This document shows positions 24,762 to 38,232 of a DNA stretch of 64,000 nucleotides, piece after piece. Origin of the DNA: Oikopleura dioica. Taxonomy: Eukaryota > Animalia > Chordata. The stretch is taken from NCBI GenBank assembly GCA_907165135.1, contig OU015566.1:10974001-11038000 (forward strand), given 5' to 3'. How positions within the stretch are numbered: the first letter of the stretch is position 1; each line of letters begins with the position of its first letter. The position numbers were made by a program, and so were the translations under genes. The notes beneath the pieces are model-generated. The model was not told the origin of the DNA, made no database searches, and saw only the letters and a list, made by a program, of their open reading frames with translations.

Positions 24762-25693
24762 ATGTCCGGACGACCGCCGCCAAACATCTCTGGGATGACC
24801 TCCCTCAAGATCGACAACCTTTCCTATCGAACCGATAGTGAGAGTCTCCGACGCAAGTTCTCCAAATATGGAGAAATCGGCGATGTCTACATTCCAAAGG
24901 ACAAATATGGAGGTAAAAACTGTTACAAATATTGTATTCGGGCTAATTCAGTCTTCTTTGCTGAACTGTCCAGTTATTTCCTGCCTGAGAAATGCCGGGA
25001 TCTTCATTGTTGTCAATGACTACTTTCAATCTTCACTAATTTCAAATTTTCAGAGTCCCGAGGATTCGCTTTCGTTCGATTTCACGACAAGCGCGATGCC
25101 GGAGACGCTATCGATCAACTCGATGGTCGAGATATTGACGGAAGGTACAGTATTCAAACTTTCTTTCTCAAGTGTTTGAGCATTGAATTCAGGGAGATCC
25201 GCGTAGACTACGCTCGTCACGAACGACCTAGCTTCGACAAATGGCGCGGGAGCCGACGAGACCGATCTCGAAGCCGCTCTCGAGGTCGACGACGACGAAG
25301 CCGATCCGACTCGCGTGATCGCCGACGAAGACGAAGCCCGTCTCGAAGCCGCTCTCGATCGTAAGTGCTTTCTCTTTAGAAAATTAGCGACCGTCATATT
25401 TTACAATCTTTTCTTCTTTAGTAAATCAGGTGGCGCCGACACTGAGCGCTCAAAAAAGCAAACGTATGTTTAAAAAAGGCCCACTTATTTAACCTTCCAT
25501 CAGATGGAAACAAATCTAACTCTTCTCTAGCCGCTCCCGAAGCCGCTCTAACCGAAGGGATACCCGCAGCCGATCGCGATCCGCCTCCCGAGATCGAGAC
25601 CGACGATCCCGATCGCGATCCGCCCGAAGAGATCGATCTCGTTCTCGATCCCGCTCTGCCCGACGCTCTCGATCTCGCTCTGGCTCGCGATAG
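24762..25693 (+). CDS. SRSF2: SR splicing factor SC35/SRSF2
   Basis: [24 protein letters not shown]...[11 protein letters not shown] / [19 protein letters not shown] followed by an RS domain ending GSR*. Confidence 0.93.
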
Positions 25694-26055
25694 AGCCTTT
25701 CTTCCCCAGCTTGAGAAGATCCTCCCTACTTGAAGAATTTCTCTTCCAGCCCCTTTTTAAAAACTGTTTTAACGCAAACAAAAAAAGAAAAAAATTGTTC
25801 GATGGTCGATGCATAAATCGCGTCCCAGGACACCAAAAAAAAAGTTTTTTTCTCCTCCCTTTTTCATTTCCTCACATGTCCCTTAAAATCTGAGATGAAA
25901 TTTTAAAGACACACGCTGCCGATTTCCCTACATAAGTATTACTGTCCCTCTCATAAATCCTCTCTTCTAGGACTTTTTACTCCTGCCCGTTAAAAATAAA
26001 TTATCCCCAAAAAACGCGCAGCTATTTGTTGATTTCTGATCGCATCTTTCGCAGA

Positions 26056-26789
26056 ATGAATCGAATAATTCTTCACTCTCAAAGCAGATCTTTGTTGGCG
26101 ACTCCAGCCAGGCGATTGATAAAGTCAGATTTGGCGAGGCAGACGGTAATTTGTGCGGGCCTGGTTGGAGTAGGAGATGCCTTGGCGCAGATTTATCAAA
26201 ATGAACGGGATTTGAAGAGGCTGGTTGATATGACTTTGGCAGGGACGTTTCTAGGGCCCTGGTACAAGTGGTGGTATGGAGTGTTGAATAAACGACCGAA
26301 TTTGACTCCGGTAAGGCTTATTTCCAGGACCACTCGGTCAGAAGAGCTTTTCAGTTGATGAAAACAGGATTCGATCTTTCCACAGCTCCATTTCTTCATT
26401 TTACTTTCCTGGCATTCTACGTCCTTATACACGAGAAAAAGATAATCGACTACGAGCGCGGGGTAGAAAATATGATCGAGCTTATAAAATTGGATCTTCT
26501 CCTTTTCTTGCCAATCTGCTACAGCAATTTTAAGGTGACTCAAATGCCCAAGTAAATGAATTAATCTCCTGTTAAGTTTATTCCCCCTGGAATTTGGCAG
26601 ACGGTTTATATCAACGCTATGTACGTCCTGTTTGTCGAGCCAGTTTGTTCGATGATCATCAACGATAATGTTCAAATATTTGATTTCTTTTTCAACCTTT
26701 TGCCTCAGCCAGCCTTTGAGAAGTTTATTGAAACGATTGGTATTAAACCCATGCTAGATTTAATTATTGAAAGAACCCCTGGAAAGTAA
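26056..26789 (+). CDS. Mpv17/PMP22 family protein (MPV17L2-like)
   Basis: GDALAQ...RDLKRLVDMTLAGTFLGPWYKWWY and FIPP..QTVYIN are typical family motifs. Confidence 0.82.
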
Positions 26790-26926
26790 TTATTTCTCTT
26801 TTGACGATTGACCTATTGAAAAACTTAATATTTCGACCTGTACTAACTAGATTATTTCAACTCTTTATTTTTTAACGGAAAAATCAGTAAGCAAGGATAT
26901 TTTTTTAATCTTTCTTCAATTTGAGA

Positions 26927-29900
26927 ATGGGCAGTGAGGGCGAAAGGTACTTTCGCCAGCTGTTCGGCCCGTCAGTCGGACTGCTCTGTTCAAACGATAG
27001 CGAGGAAGTCGTCGGTCGAAATGGCCTTTCAATTACCGAGTTCTTTCAGGTATCGTATCCGCTCCTACGATAACAGAAGGAGACAATAATCATACTAAAT
27101 TAGTATTACTAATAAATTCTAGCCTTTTGCTTGTGTAAATACAGAACTGACATCTCGTGATCCAAATGGTCAGCTTCATGGTCTCTCGAACTTTACCCTC
27201 AACTTTCGAAATATCAAAAATGAGCCTATTCCCGAAGGTAACATTATTAACAACCTATGCATAATTCATTTTCTTTGTAGAAAAGCTAAAAGCAAAGTTG
27301 GACGATATTCTTCAAAACAGCGCGAAAGAAATCAGAAGAGAGCAACACAGATTCGAGAACGAGTCCTACAACTTGAACATAAATGTGGCAACTCCCTGGT
27401 ATCAGAAATATAGAGACACCTATCTTGCTCATTCGCTCATTTATCCTCATGAAAGAATCCGTCACGTGATAAGTAAGTGTTAGAAAGATAGGCCTTTTTC
27501 TCTTGGCTAAAATGAGGCGTATTAGAAGCCCTAAAATTAAGTGATCAACGCTTTTCTATTAACGACTACCGGTATTCAGGTTCTATTCTGGTCGTATCAT
27601 CTGAAAACGCCGACCCAATGGGCGAATTCCGTTCCCTCGCAGAAATCCACCGCCAGCGTCAACTAGAATCCCAAAAAGCGATCGAATACAACCACAAAGA
27701 CCCGGCTCAAAATTTCTGGTTCTCTGAATCGACGAAAATCTGTTTTCTTCTTCTCCACGATGTTCAAAAAGGATCAGAAGCAAAGGCGCAAGAAGTTTTC
27801 GCGAATTTAAAGCAGACATTTGGAGCTTCAAATGCTTACTTGTTGAGAGTGAACTCTGGTGGAAATAATGGAGAGGCGTCTACTGATCCGTGGGGGCAGT
27901 TTTCGGAGAATCAGAAGTTGAGGCTTTGCGATGGAAAAGATCAGGATTCGATTAGGACTTTTGTCAAAGATCTTTCTACAGGTATCAATCACCAATTTTC
28001 TCCATTTCGCTGACTCTAACTTAGGTGCGATCATCCCTCATTTGGAACACGAGTCAAAAAAGCTCTACGAAATCATCCAAAATCGCCGCGCTCTTCATCG
28101 CTCTCTCTTTTCCGCGACGAAGAAGCTTTTCGGGGGGAGCAGTAGCAAATCATCAGTTCAAGAAAAGTTCACGGAAACAGTCGAAGTTCAAATCAGAAGA
28201 TTTGGCGATTTATGCTTCATGCTTCAGCTTTACGAAACAGCCGCGCAGTATTTTTCGACGGCGAAGAGGGACTTGTCCAACGAGCAAAACTGGGTTGAGG
28301 CCACTTCCGCTTCTGAATTTGTCGCAATAGGAAGGGCTTTTGAAAAATATAATCAAATAAAAGATGCGTATTGTAAATAGTTGTATATTGTAAAATGAAA
28401 TCGCGGTAGACATATCAGTTTTTATAAACTTCGAAACGATTTCAAATCCTGGAAAGCACAATTCATGTCTGGTGGAAATCTACGCGCTGCTTTTCCAAAA
28501 CAAGCCGCTGCCTTCGCAATCAATTCGTTCCTTAACTTGGAGAAGAAAGACCTCGCCCTGCGGAGTGCCTTTACTACTCTTGAAGCTGGAAAAGGAGTTG
28601 GTGCTTGGGTTGATACTGCGAAGGACTACCTGCGTTTTTCGAAGGGATTCTCTGCGAATCAAATTGCCATGTTTACGGAGCAAGCTGCGTTGTGTTATTT
28701 GAAGGCCGGACATATAAGGATCGGGATAAAAGTATTTGTTAAAAAAGTTTATTCGTGTAGAGCCCCACCAAGGGGTAATACTTTGATAGAATGTAGGTTA
28801 GGAAGTTATAACATTTCACTAGAGATCTTTTCGTATATTTACTGACATGATTACAAAAGGGGACTCTTATTTATACTCCTTCAATTTCACGCCCTAAAAG
28901 GATATCCTTATCGATAATCTAATTCAGCTCAGTAGGTCATATTTTTACCCTTGATCAGACAATTCGGATTTCAATCCGTCCTTGCCGGTTTCCAGTACAA
29001 ACTCTCCGGAATCCGAACTCTCGCTCTAAGAAACTACAAAAATGCTGTCGACGTTTACGAAGGCCGAGGATGGGACGCTGCTGAACTTCATGTCCACGAA
29101 CTCGCTGGCGAGCTATCTCAATTTCTCGGGCAAAGTGTTGAAGCGGAGAGGTCATACGCTTCTGCCTTGTCACTTGGTTGTGGACAGAACGCGGCGGTTT
29201 TTACGAATTACTTGGCGATGGTGCAATACAACCAGCAATACAAAGGGACGAAGGTCAATTTGCCCTTCCCGAAGATAGACGGAAGCAAGATCGGAGTCGT
29301 TCTCGAGCGCTTCTCAAATGATGCGACGGAAGAGGGAGAAAGCTTAAGATCTGAGGTGCTTCGAATGCGAGAACTCGAAGAAATGTGTTTAAAAGCGGCT
29401 AATGATGGAATCGCTCCTATCACTTTTAAAACATCGATTCCCACCGAAAGAAGAAACCGAAGTACTTTTAATGAAAGGCCGCTGGGAATTTCTAGCACCG
29501 ATAGAGTCCTGATTTCAGTGCCGATCGAGAACACGCTGAATAATTCGCTGCTTCTTACCGACGTCCAGCTAATCGGAGAGGGTGATTTTACCTCAGAATG
29601 CACCGAAAAAGAAGTCATCATCGATCCAAAGCAGACATTCACCGTCCCTTTCACCATCATTCCCGGCGAAAACGCAGAAACGATCAAGATCAAGTCCATC
29701 TCTTACAAAATCACAACGGCGGATGCAGAAGGAACGGCCGTCGTCGAGTCTTCTCAAGAATTTCACATTCAAGGAGAACGACTAAACAAGCTCCAGAAGC
29801 ATCGCAAAGGCACGTTTTACGCTGAAGACCATCGGCTTACCTTCAAAGTTGAGAAAGAAATGCCACTATTGAGCATGAGCGTGGAGAACTTGCCGGAAAG

Positions 29901-31844
29901 GTTAATAAGTGGAGAAATCTATGAGACGAAGATTTCTATCGAAAACAGGGGCATAAAGAATGCTGAGAACTGTTGGCTGAATCACAATCAAGATCGCCTT
30001 TTAAAAATCTCCGAAGGAGCAAACTCCACTGATCCTTCGACCATCGAACTTTCCAGTTATCCATCCCTTGTCTCACTCGGTGACATTCCCGCGAATTCCT
30101 CAAAAACCCTTTCTTTCTTCCTCAAAGCTCCCGCCTCGCAGCAACTCAATTCGCTCGACATCGTTCTTTACTCAAATGGCTCAAAAGAAAGCGCAACGAA
30201 GGAATCGCTTTCTGTCACAATGTCTAGGAAAATTGAAGTTATTGGAATGATTTCGCCTACTGTTCATGTCCTTCCAGCGCCAATTGGAGCTAGAAAGAGG
30301 GTCCTGCAGATTCATTTGGACACTGCCGCGGAGAATTTTACAGCGACTTGTAGGTTTACTACTTCTGGACTTGGAATAATTAGGTAAGAAAGTTGTTGTG
30401 ATAGGCTGACATGTCGGATGAACATCTTTCCGTTTCATCCTCGTACATTTATATCCAGAACAAATAAATCCACGTGAGAATACCTCCCATGGAAATCATA
30501 TTTTGACGCACATGACTATGGAATCTTCAAGATTTGTGCGTTTGAAGCAGATGTGTATGGAATAACATCTTTTGAGGAAGGCGGGGCTACTGGACAATAG
30601 CCCTTGAAATTATCATTTTCCATTGAGTGCGCGGTGTATAAAAACGAAATCCCCCTGATAAAAAAATAAATAATAAAAATGATGATCAATATTTTTATGT
30701 TAGCATCTTTGCTCGTTCATATTGAAGCTTCTTTTCATGCATCTTTTACGCTCGGTCGATTGACTCCGAGAGCAAGATGCATCATTTTCAAGATTGGAGC
30801 AAGTCATGAAAATAGAAACAGAAAACTTCAACGCATGTTCACATCATTTTCCAACGATTTCTGCTTTTAAAAATTGCAATTTCTGCAAATCTTATAATAA
30901 AAATTCAAAATCACAAACACGAGCGTTGAAATTATTTAGCAATCAATGGACTCTCTCTGACACAAAACAGCCTTGTACCGGAATAAGCTGGATGCAAGGC
31001 CAGCGATCCTCGTTCCTCTGTTTCGTCGACCAACAATCAGTGCCTATCGTAACTTCAGTCACAGAAGCAGTCGATGGTCGACGAGCTTATCGACGACAAA
31101 TGACGAAGAAGGTTCATTTTAGTGAAACAGGAACGTGTGATCTTGCAAGACAGTTTTTATCTGAAAGTGTCAGCTACACAGTCCCTGAACCGACTCCGGA
31201 AGATGATGTGATCAAACATCACTGGCTTGATACCTTCGCCAGTGAGAGGATTTCGATAGTCTTGCAGGTAATAAGCTCTCAAATTAAATACTTAGATCTC
31301 CAACCCAATCTCTAGTGGTCTGCAGAACTGATTGTGACTCAAGGAAGCCGCCAATGCATCGGCCAGAGCATCATCCATCTCGATGATATTTTCGCTTTTG
31401 CCAATCAAGAAGAACTCGCCTCGCCCGTGGCTGCTCCAGTACGAGCTTACCTAGATGCCCCTAGTAGAGTAGAACATGACTTTTCCACTGGCCCCGCGAA
31501 AGTCCGCTGCAAAATCATCCTCGAGAACAGCTACAAGGACAAAAACATTGATGTCAAAATGTCGTTTTCGCAGGCGATCGATTCCGCTACAGGTGGTTTG
31601 ATCCTTATTTATTTTTTAACTCCCTTCAGGTGTGAACAACAACGTCTCCTACGCGTGGGTCGGCTATTCTGAGAAGAGACTAACCCTCAAGTCGCAAAAA
31701 ACTGCCGATGTCAAGAACGAAGTCGTCTTTACTACGCCCGGGACTTATGATCTCTCCAAATTTACTGTAACACTTGATGATTCTGAAGTTCCGCTAACTC
31801 TAGCCCAGCATATCATTGTTGTCAGCAATAGTGGCATCAGATGA
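26927..31844 (+). CDS. TRAPPC8: TRAPP III subunit Trs85/TRAPPC8
   Basis: N-terminus LFGPSVGLLCSNDSEE..RNGLSITEFF; TPWYQKYR; VQIRRFGDLCFMLQLYETA; EQAALCYL; VLAGFQY...ALRNYKNAVDVYEGRGW; Ig-like C-terminal region. Confidence 0.9.
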
Positions 31845-32203
31845 TGACATTAAACAGTAGTACCTGTCCCAATAGCCTATTATATTGATTTTAAACAACT
31901 TGCCCATCGAGCGAAATCCATGCTCCGAGGAAATTCTTCATGTCAAAAGATAAAGAACATAGATTTAATCTTATTTTTAAAACCTCATGTTCATTAGTTT
32001 CTTTTCCTTGATTTCCAAGGAATAAATAAAGATTCAATCTAACTTTCCAACCTGCAACAAACACCGTCTGATAAATTCTTCATTCATTTTTCTCCTTTCT
32101 CAATCTTATACTACCCTTAAAATATATATTTATTCACTGTTGTGTGGATATATTCTCAGTTCCAAAACTCTATTCCCCATTTTCATCAATAAAAATTCAA
32201 TAG

Positions 32204-33042
32204 ATGAGTTTTGTCTCCGTTCCGCCTCGATTTCTAGCGTGGCAGATGAATTGCTTCGATCGACCTCCTTCTCAGCTTCATATTCTTCGACCCAGGGGCG
32301 GTGAAGAGCTTATTCTCGACGAAACACAACTGAGAATGATTGTCAACGAGAAGCATCCAAACTCGGGGTTCATTTCTACGCACTTTGCGGCAATAAGTAG
32401 GAACTACAAGACTCTTCGCTACCTTATTCAATTGGGAGCGAAAGTGGATGCATTGGATCAAGTGGGGCAGACGCCGTTGATGAAGGCCTTGAGGTTCAAG
32501 CCTTTGAATAAGGATGCCCAAAGGAATGGCTATCGATCCAGGTTTCCTAACTAGAAGTTCCTATCTCAGGGCAAGTTTGGTCAAAGCCTTTTCACAGAAA
32601 GCAAATGAAATGCATCAAAACCCTCCTGGACGCCGGGACTGATGTCGACCACAAAGACAAGTATAAGTTAACCGCTACTGATCATGCAACGAGAAATGGC
32701 ATTGACTTCTTCCACACCCTGCTCGATAGAAAACTTGAAGAACAAAGCCATCGATTTTCAGATCCTCCCCCTGATACTGATTTTGAAGAAATCCCGATCC
32801 CTTCGGCGAAAGTCGAGATTGAAGAAAAAATGCAAAACTTGAAACTTGAAGAAAATGACCCTTATCGAGACGCTGGTGAAACGCCCGTGCCATCTACGAA
32901 TTACAGTTATAAATATGAAGGCAATACTTTCGACCCTTACGAAGAAGAAATAGTTAAGAATGAAGACACAAGTTTTGAGGAGGTCGATATTGAAGAATTT
33001 GAAAAACGACAGAGTCGTTCGATCTCGGCTAATACAGGTTAA
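32204..33042 (+). CDS. Ankyrin-repeat protein with acidic C-terminal tail
   Basis: THFAAI...LIQLGAKVDALDQVGQTPLMKA and LLDAGTDVDHKDKYKLTATDHA. Confidence 0.85.
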
Positions 33043-33724
33043 TATTGAAAGAATTCTAGCTTTGATGAATTCTAGCTTGTATTTGAGTATTGAGTTTTTA
33101 TTTTCATTTTCGCAAAACATTTTTGAAAGGAAAGAATGAAAAGGTGGATGGTTAAAAAATAAGTGCACCGGCGATATTACATTTTTAGTTTGGGGGATTT
33201 TTATATTCTTGAAATTTTTATGTAAAAACTCTCGCAGTTCATGTAAGCTTCATTTTGATTCTCAAGAAATCGTGAGTGAAAATTTTCATAATTGTGACTG
33301 TGTTTGGTTTTCTTCTGCGCGAAAATTCAGGCCAGCGACACACTACGCGCGTTTTCATGACTTTTCGGATAGCGCTGTGGCGCTATCTAATGTCCTGTAC
33401 AAGAACACGCGCGCAATTGTGCCCTGCGCGGGTGGAATTCTAGTGCTACAGACATCAATAGCGATAAGACTAGGGTTATCTTCGCAAAAAGGCCATTCTC
33501 TTCCCTGTTTTCAGAAGAAAGTGAAGCTCAGAAGACCATAATCTTATCGTAACTAATGACTGCAGAAACGTCTAAAGGGGACATTTTTTGATAGAAAAAG
33601 GGTAGACGGTGTTCCTCGAATGTATGATGAAAGTAGAAATTGAGTAGTTCGGTGACTGGGTAAAGTATTGTCTTGATAATAAAATCAAACTAAGATGCAC
33701 TTGTCAAGATGTTTTTAGCTATAT

Positions 33725-36244
33725 TTAGTAGCTAAATGCGTCGTGGGGATAATTTCTGTATAATATGTTCAGCATGTGGTCAGCAGCGGCGCGACGGGCT
33801 TCTTTCTGGCTCTTGCGCGTCTCTCTCGTTTCCAAATTCAGGGCAGAGATGCTGCATACGCAGGTTACTTCCAATTGCTTGTTCTTTCCTTTGCCGTGGG
33901 TGAGGCCGGTCTGAAAGTAAGAGTACTGTGGAGCCCAGAGTTTGCGCTTCTGGCAGAATTCCTGTAGCAGTGTCACTTGATGGCGAGACTTGGTGCTTCC
34001 AGAGGCTGACTCGCTCGGAGGGCTTAGGCTTGCTTTTTTGGTTTTCCAAAGACAGAAAATACGATTCTCCTTGAAACTCATATAATAAGAGTCATTTTTT
34101 AATATATCTATGTGACATAGACTATGTCCACGAAGTAAACGCTGGTGATCAAAATTGATATAAAAACAAGGAAACCATTCCTGTTAAAATATGACGAGGT
34201 TGGACACTTTGAATAAATTTCTCGCCTCTTAGCAAATGAATCATTCGTATAGCGGCATTCGTTTTCGCCTCAGACTTTTTCATTCCCATCGCAGAGGCAT
34301 GTTTCGCTAATGAACTTGAGATTTCATTTCCCAGACATTTTCTTACCTAAGGAATCAATTCTGACTTTGCAGATAAAAGGCGGGCGTCTCTCCTCTTTCG
34401 ACGAATATATGGGCAGGGAGTCACCTCTCTTCTGAAGATATTCCTGAAGAAATCCAATCGGATTTCTGACCTCATCAAGGTTGACCTTTCGCAGATCACA
34501 GGCGATGCCAGATTCAGGATTGACTTCTGGGTCACTGTTGAGCAGCTGAAGCATCGAAACGGATGCATTCTGGCGTGCCTCTTTCTTTGATAGCGCTGTG
34601 CCCTAGATATGAATGATAAGGACAGAATATGGCTAATTTGATTTTTCGAAGTTCGCCGCATCACCAATTGATGACGGCGTTTGTAAATAAAATTTATAAA
34701 TATTTTCACAAAGCCTAAGATTAATCCTTCCGCCCACAAATTATACCGGATATATTCCGTATCCCCCACGTGATTTATGATCATTTTTTTAACTCCAGTT
34801 TAATCAGTCTGCAAGACTGAGTACACGAAAAGAGCTCATGACAACAAAGTGTCAATGCTCGTCGGAAGAGGCCTCGGACACGTTCTAAACCGCTAAAACA
34901 TTCCGGCCTCTTTATTTATATACATGAAATCACAATGGAGACCGTTGAAGCGAACTCCAAAGATGCCTGCCACCTGGTGGCGCTTCCCTTATCAGTAGTG
35001 GATCGGCTTTCTTTTCCTTTTAGGGGTCACTCATATACACCACTGTATGAGACTTACCTCTGTGATGAGACTGAGCTCCCTTACATGGCAGATTACGCGA
35101 AAAGGAGGACCAGCTGGCAATTCTTCGAATGTTGGCGCCGCCAAAAGTCTCTGTTGAGTATATTCATTCAACTCTTGCAACGGTGTTTTCCCGAAATCAT
35201 TGCGAACAACGGGTTTCTTTGGCGATTTTCTTGGGCTGAAATTTCTGAAGGAACAATGAAGAATTTAAGAGTATCCGGAATCCCACCTAAAATTTGGAAC
35301 GGAATGACATTTGAACTTTTTGAAAGATGGTTTTGTTTGGTTTGTGATAGATGTCGACGTAGACGTCGGTGTGGTTGACCAATTGTCTAGTTGTTGACCC
35401 AAATGTGGTCCGATCCCATTAGGGATCATGGGACTCATGGTCATCGTCTGGTTTGGTGCCAATGGAACAACAGGAAGCTGTGGTGGTATTGGTGTGATCG
35501 GGCTCAGCATTGGTGGTGAAGAAGGAGTGAGCTGTGGTGAACTGGGATTGTTGACATGCATTGCCGTAAAGAATGTTGTGCCGTTCTTCACGTAGCTATG
35601 CACTTTTGCTATCTGTATCGGCTGACTCATTGGTTTATGGTCACCATTTTCAACAATCGGCGTTACTGGAGCTGCTTCTAGTTTCGGTGATTGAGCTGGA
35701 CGGGGCTCACCCCCCTTAGGTGGCGATGGGGGTTTCGCGTCTCTCTTCAATTTACGCGCGCTCCTCCTCGGTAGTTTCGGGGTTGTATGTGTAGGTGTTG
35801 CTGCGCTACGTGGCAACGGCTATTTAGTAGGTTGAGGTCATGATTATTTTTACCTTGAGTTGACATCGTCAGATATTGTCTTCTGGTTCAAATTATGATC
35901 CCGATTTCGCGTTGCATTTGAAGTTGAACTCGAACTATAAATATTTTATTCACGCCGATTATCAAGTTGATTCAAAGATTTCTGCTCATTTTTATAACCT
36001 CGACTTACCCAACAACGGTAGATTGATTTACAATTTTGATGTTTTCTTTTTGTGAGACCCCTGAAGATGCCTTTACCGGCTCAAGTGGTGCACTGATGAG
36101 AGAAATTACCGGTTTTCATGCGTCTGATTATGCTTACCTGAGGACAAATCCATTATCAGGTGCACCCGCTATTTTGAGGCTTTCAAGATCGATGTCCTGA
36201 TCTTCTGTGTTATCGTCCGCCCAAGAGCTAAAGTGGCCAGGCAT
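33725..36244 (-). CDS. Protein with three dsRNA-binding domains and a Pro/Ser-rich disordered N-terminus
   Basis: dsRBD1 KTPLQELNEYTQQR...KKEARQNA; dsRBD2 NPIGFLQEYLQKR...KKSEAKTNAA; dsRBD3 HQVTLLQEFCQKR...SQKEARRAAA, then stop. The start at 36244 (MPGHFSSWADD) is tentative. Confidence 0.82.
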
Positions 36245-36669
36245 TCGATGATGTTTCTTCAAGAGTTCTCCGAATAGAATATTCCATCCACCTTCAATAC
36301 CTCTCTTTTGATTATCTTGGTGTATTTAATCTCTGGGGGAAATACTGGGGATTTTGCGGCCGGATGGAACTGCTGAGACTTTATGCCAAATCTGATTAGC
36401 CGGTAGTCTAATCTCTAGTGGAGGGACACTTGCTCAGTTGCCGCGGGTAGGTCACGTTCTATTTGCGCCGTCCGGACTTACATTTCGAGCACTGAACGGC
36501 TCTTCAGGCAAAAACTTCAAAATTTCCGAAACTTGATCCGTTCAACCTCTTCACTCCCGGCTCATCATTGCCAATATATTAACCATGCGAATGTTTTGTT
36601 TATTTATATTCGATAGTTTTCATAAACAATAGAACTAAAATGTTAGTCTTCGTTGATTTCAATTTTTAG

Positions 36670-37959
36670 AAAAAACTGACAGCAGCTGGGTCAAGGCTGA
36701 CTCCGACTGGAATTCGAAGGATGTGCAAAACCAGGCTGCACAGCTTGTTGAAGCAATGAAAAACTCTGAAGAAATCGAACAGGTGCTTCCAGGTCTTAGT
36801 TCTTACCTACACATGTCGTATAACGGAACTCCGCTTGGTTTTCAAGTACTTCAGTCTCCAATGGCCTTGCGTTACGAATATTTAAGTATGCTCGTTTAAT
36901 ATAAATCGGAAAGAAACTCTTCCTTTAGCGACATTAATTGACCACGGATTTGATGTCAACTTTTTGGATTGCGAGAAACGTCACATCGTCGAGTACTTTC
37001 TTGAAGAGCTTGAATTCGGGACCCAAGAAGATCTCGAATTCATGCAGTTAATTGCCGAAGATACAAGAATTGAATGGAAGAAAAAAGTCTCCGGGGGTGA
37101 AAATTTGTATGAGAAGCTTTGGAAAACACCTGGTCAGAAAGCATACCTCCTTCGAGACGATCTGAATGCACAACTAAGAAACTTGCAAATAAATGGCAAT
37201 CTCCCCTTCAAAGAGCGTCCGATTCCAGCGATGTCACTTACCAAAGGCATTCATGAGCAGATATTTAAGAAAAATCATGAGGCAGTAACGAGCATTCTTA
37301 TTGAAAAGCCTTCTGTGATGGATACAAGAAACTGGAAAAATTATGCAACACCTCTTCACCTTGCTGCGGAGCTACGATTAGATGATACTGTCAGACATAT
37401 GCTGTCTCCCTCCATTTTACAATTCGGCAAAGTAACAATCAATGCAAAAGGTAAGTAGAGAAAGCTTTTCTCATTTTCAGAAGAAATACTTTCAGATTGT
37501 TTCGGCTGTACTCCAATTATGCGCCTTTTTGTCACAACTCCTGCTCATGCCCTTCGCAATGTAGATAATAATATAGCTATTGTTAACTCAAAACTAACCG
37601 CGAGCATTCTTGAACTCTGTAAAATGATGATCGATGTCGAAGGGATTGATGTGAACATTCAAGATCTCGACAAATGCACAGTCCTCCACTACTTCATCGC
37701 ATGTTTCGTTGATTGCCTCGCACTTAGCTGGTTCCAACTTTTCAAAGAGTCTCTTCGAATCGTTGAAGCTTTCATGGAGGCGGGGGCCGACGTTCATATA
37801 ATGAACAACTTCGGTCAGACTCCTCTTTCTATCGCAAAAACAGCGCCAAATCCAAACAAAAACCTCATTCGCATTCTTGAGTCTTACGGAACAAGTAATT
37901 ATAAAGGATCTCCGTGGAGTACTCCTCATAGCTCGCCCCAGAAGAAATCTGGCTGGTAG
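36670..37959 (+). CDS. Ankyrin-repeat protein (5' exon unresolved)
   Basis: ATPLHLAAEL, VNIQDLDKCTVLHY and AGADVHIMNNFGQTPLSIA motifs. Confidence 0.85.
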
Positions 37960-38232
37960 TTAATTTTTTCTACTTTTTACTTTTTGTTTTATTCATTTAT
38001 TTTTTGATCATGATGCTGTTGCCACTGTTTCATAATTGCTGCTTACTAATGACGATTCCATCAACTTATTATGTTATTAAAACTTTAAAGAACAGTATGA
38101 CTTCTTTGTAACAGCGTCTTTCACTATCACATTTACCAACTTACTCTTTTACTTTTCCTTGATATTTCTATTTCTTATTCCCTTTATCGATAAATTCAAA
38201 GTTGCTCATTTCTTATGACATTTTCTTCTCAG

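Noticed and set aside
33200-33700. GC-richer intergenic stretch with an 8-bp hairpin (gatagcgc-tgtg-gcgctatc) and an ATGATGA box-C-like motif
   Set aside because: No matching box D or terminal stem and no recognisable ncRNA; insufficient support.
34967-34983. CTCF-like motifs (ctgccacctggtggcgc; also ~53204 and ~55762)
   Set aside because: Short GC-rich matches are expected by chance in 64 kb and cannot be validated without ChIP.
36480-36545. Minus-strand peptide DQVSEILKFLPEEPFSARN resembling the start of an ADAR1 Z-alpha domain, upstream of the dsRBD gene
   Set aside because: It is bounded by stops, no splice path gives the NxxLY/W core of Z-alpha, and it overlaps the likely 5' region of the plus-strand ankyrin gene.
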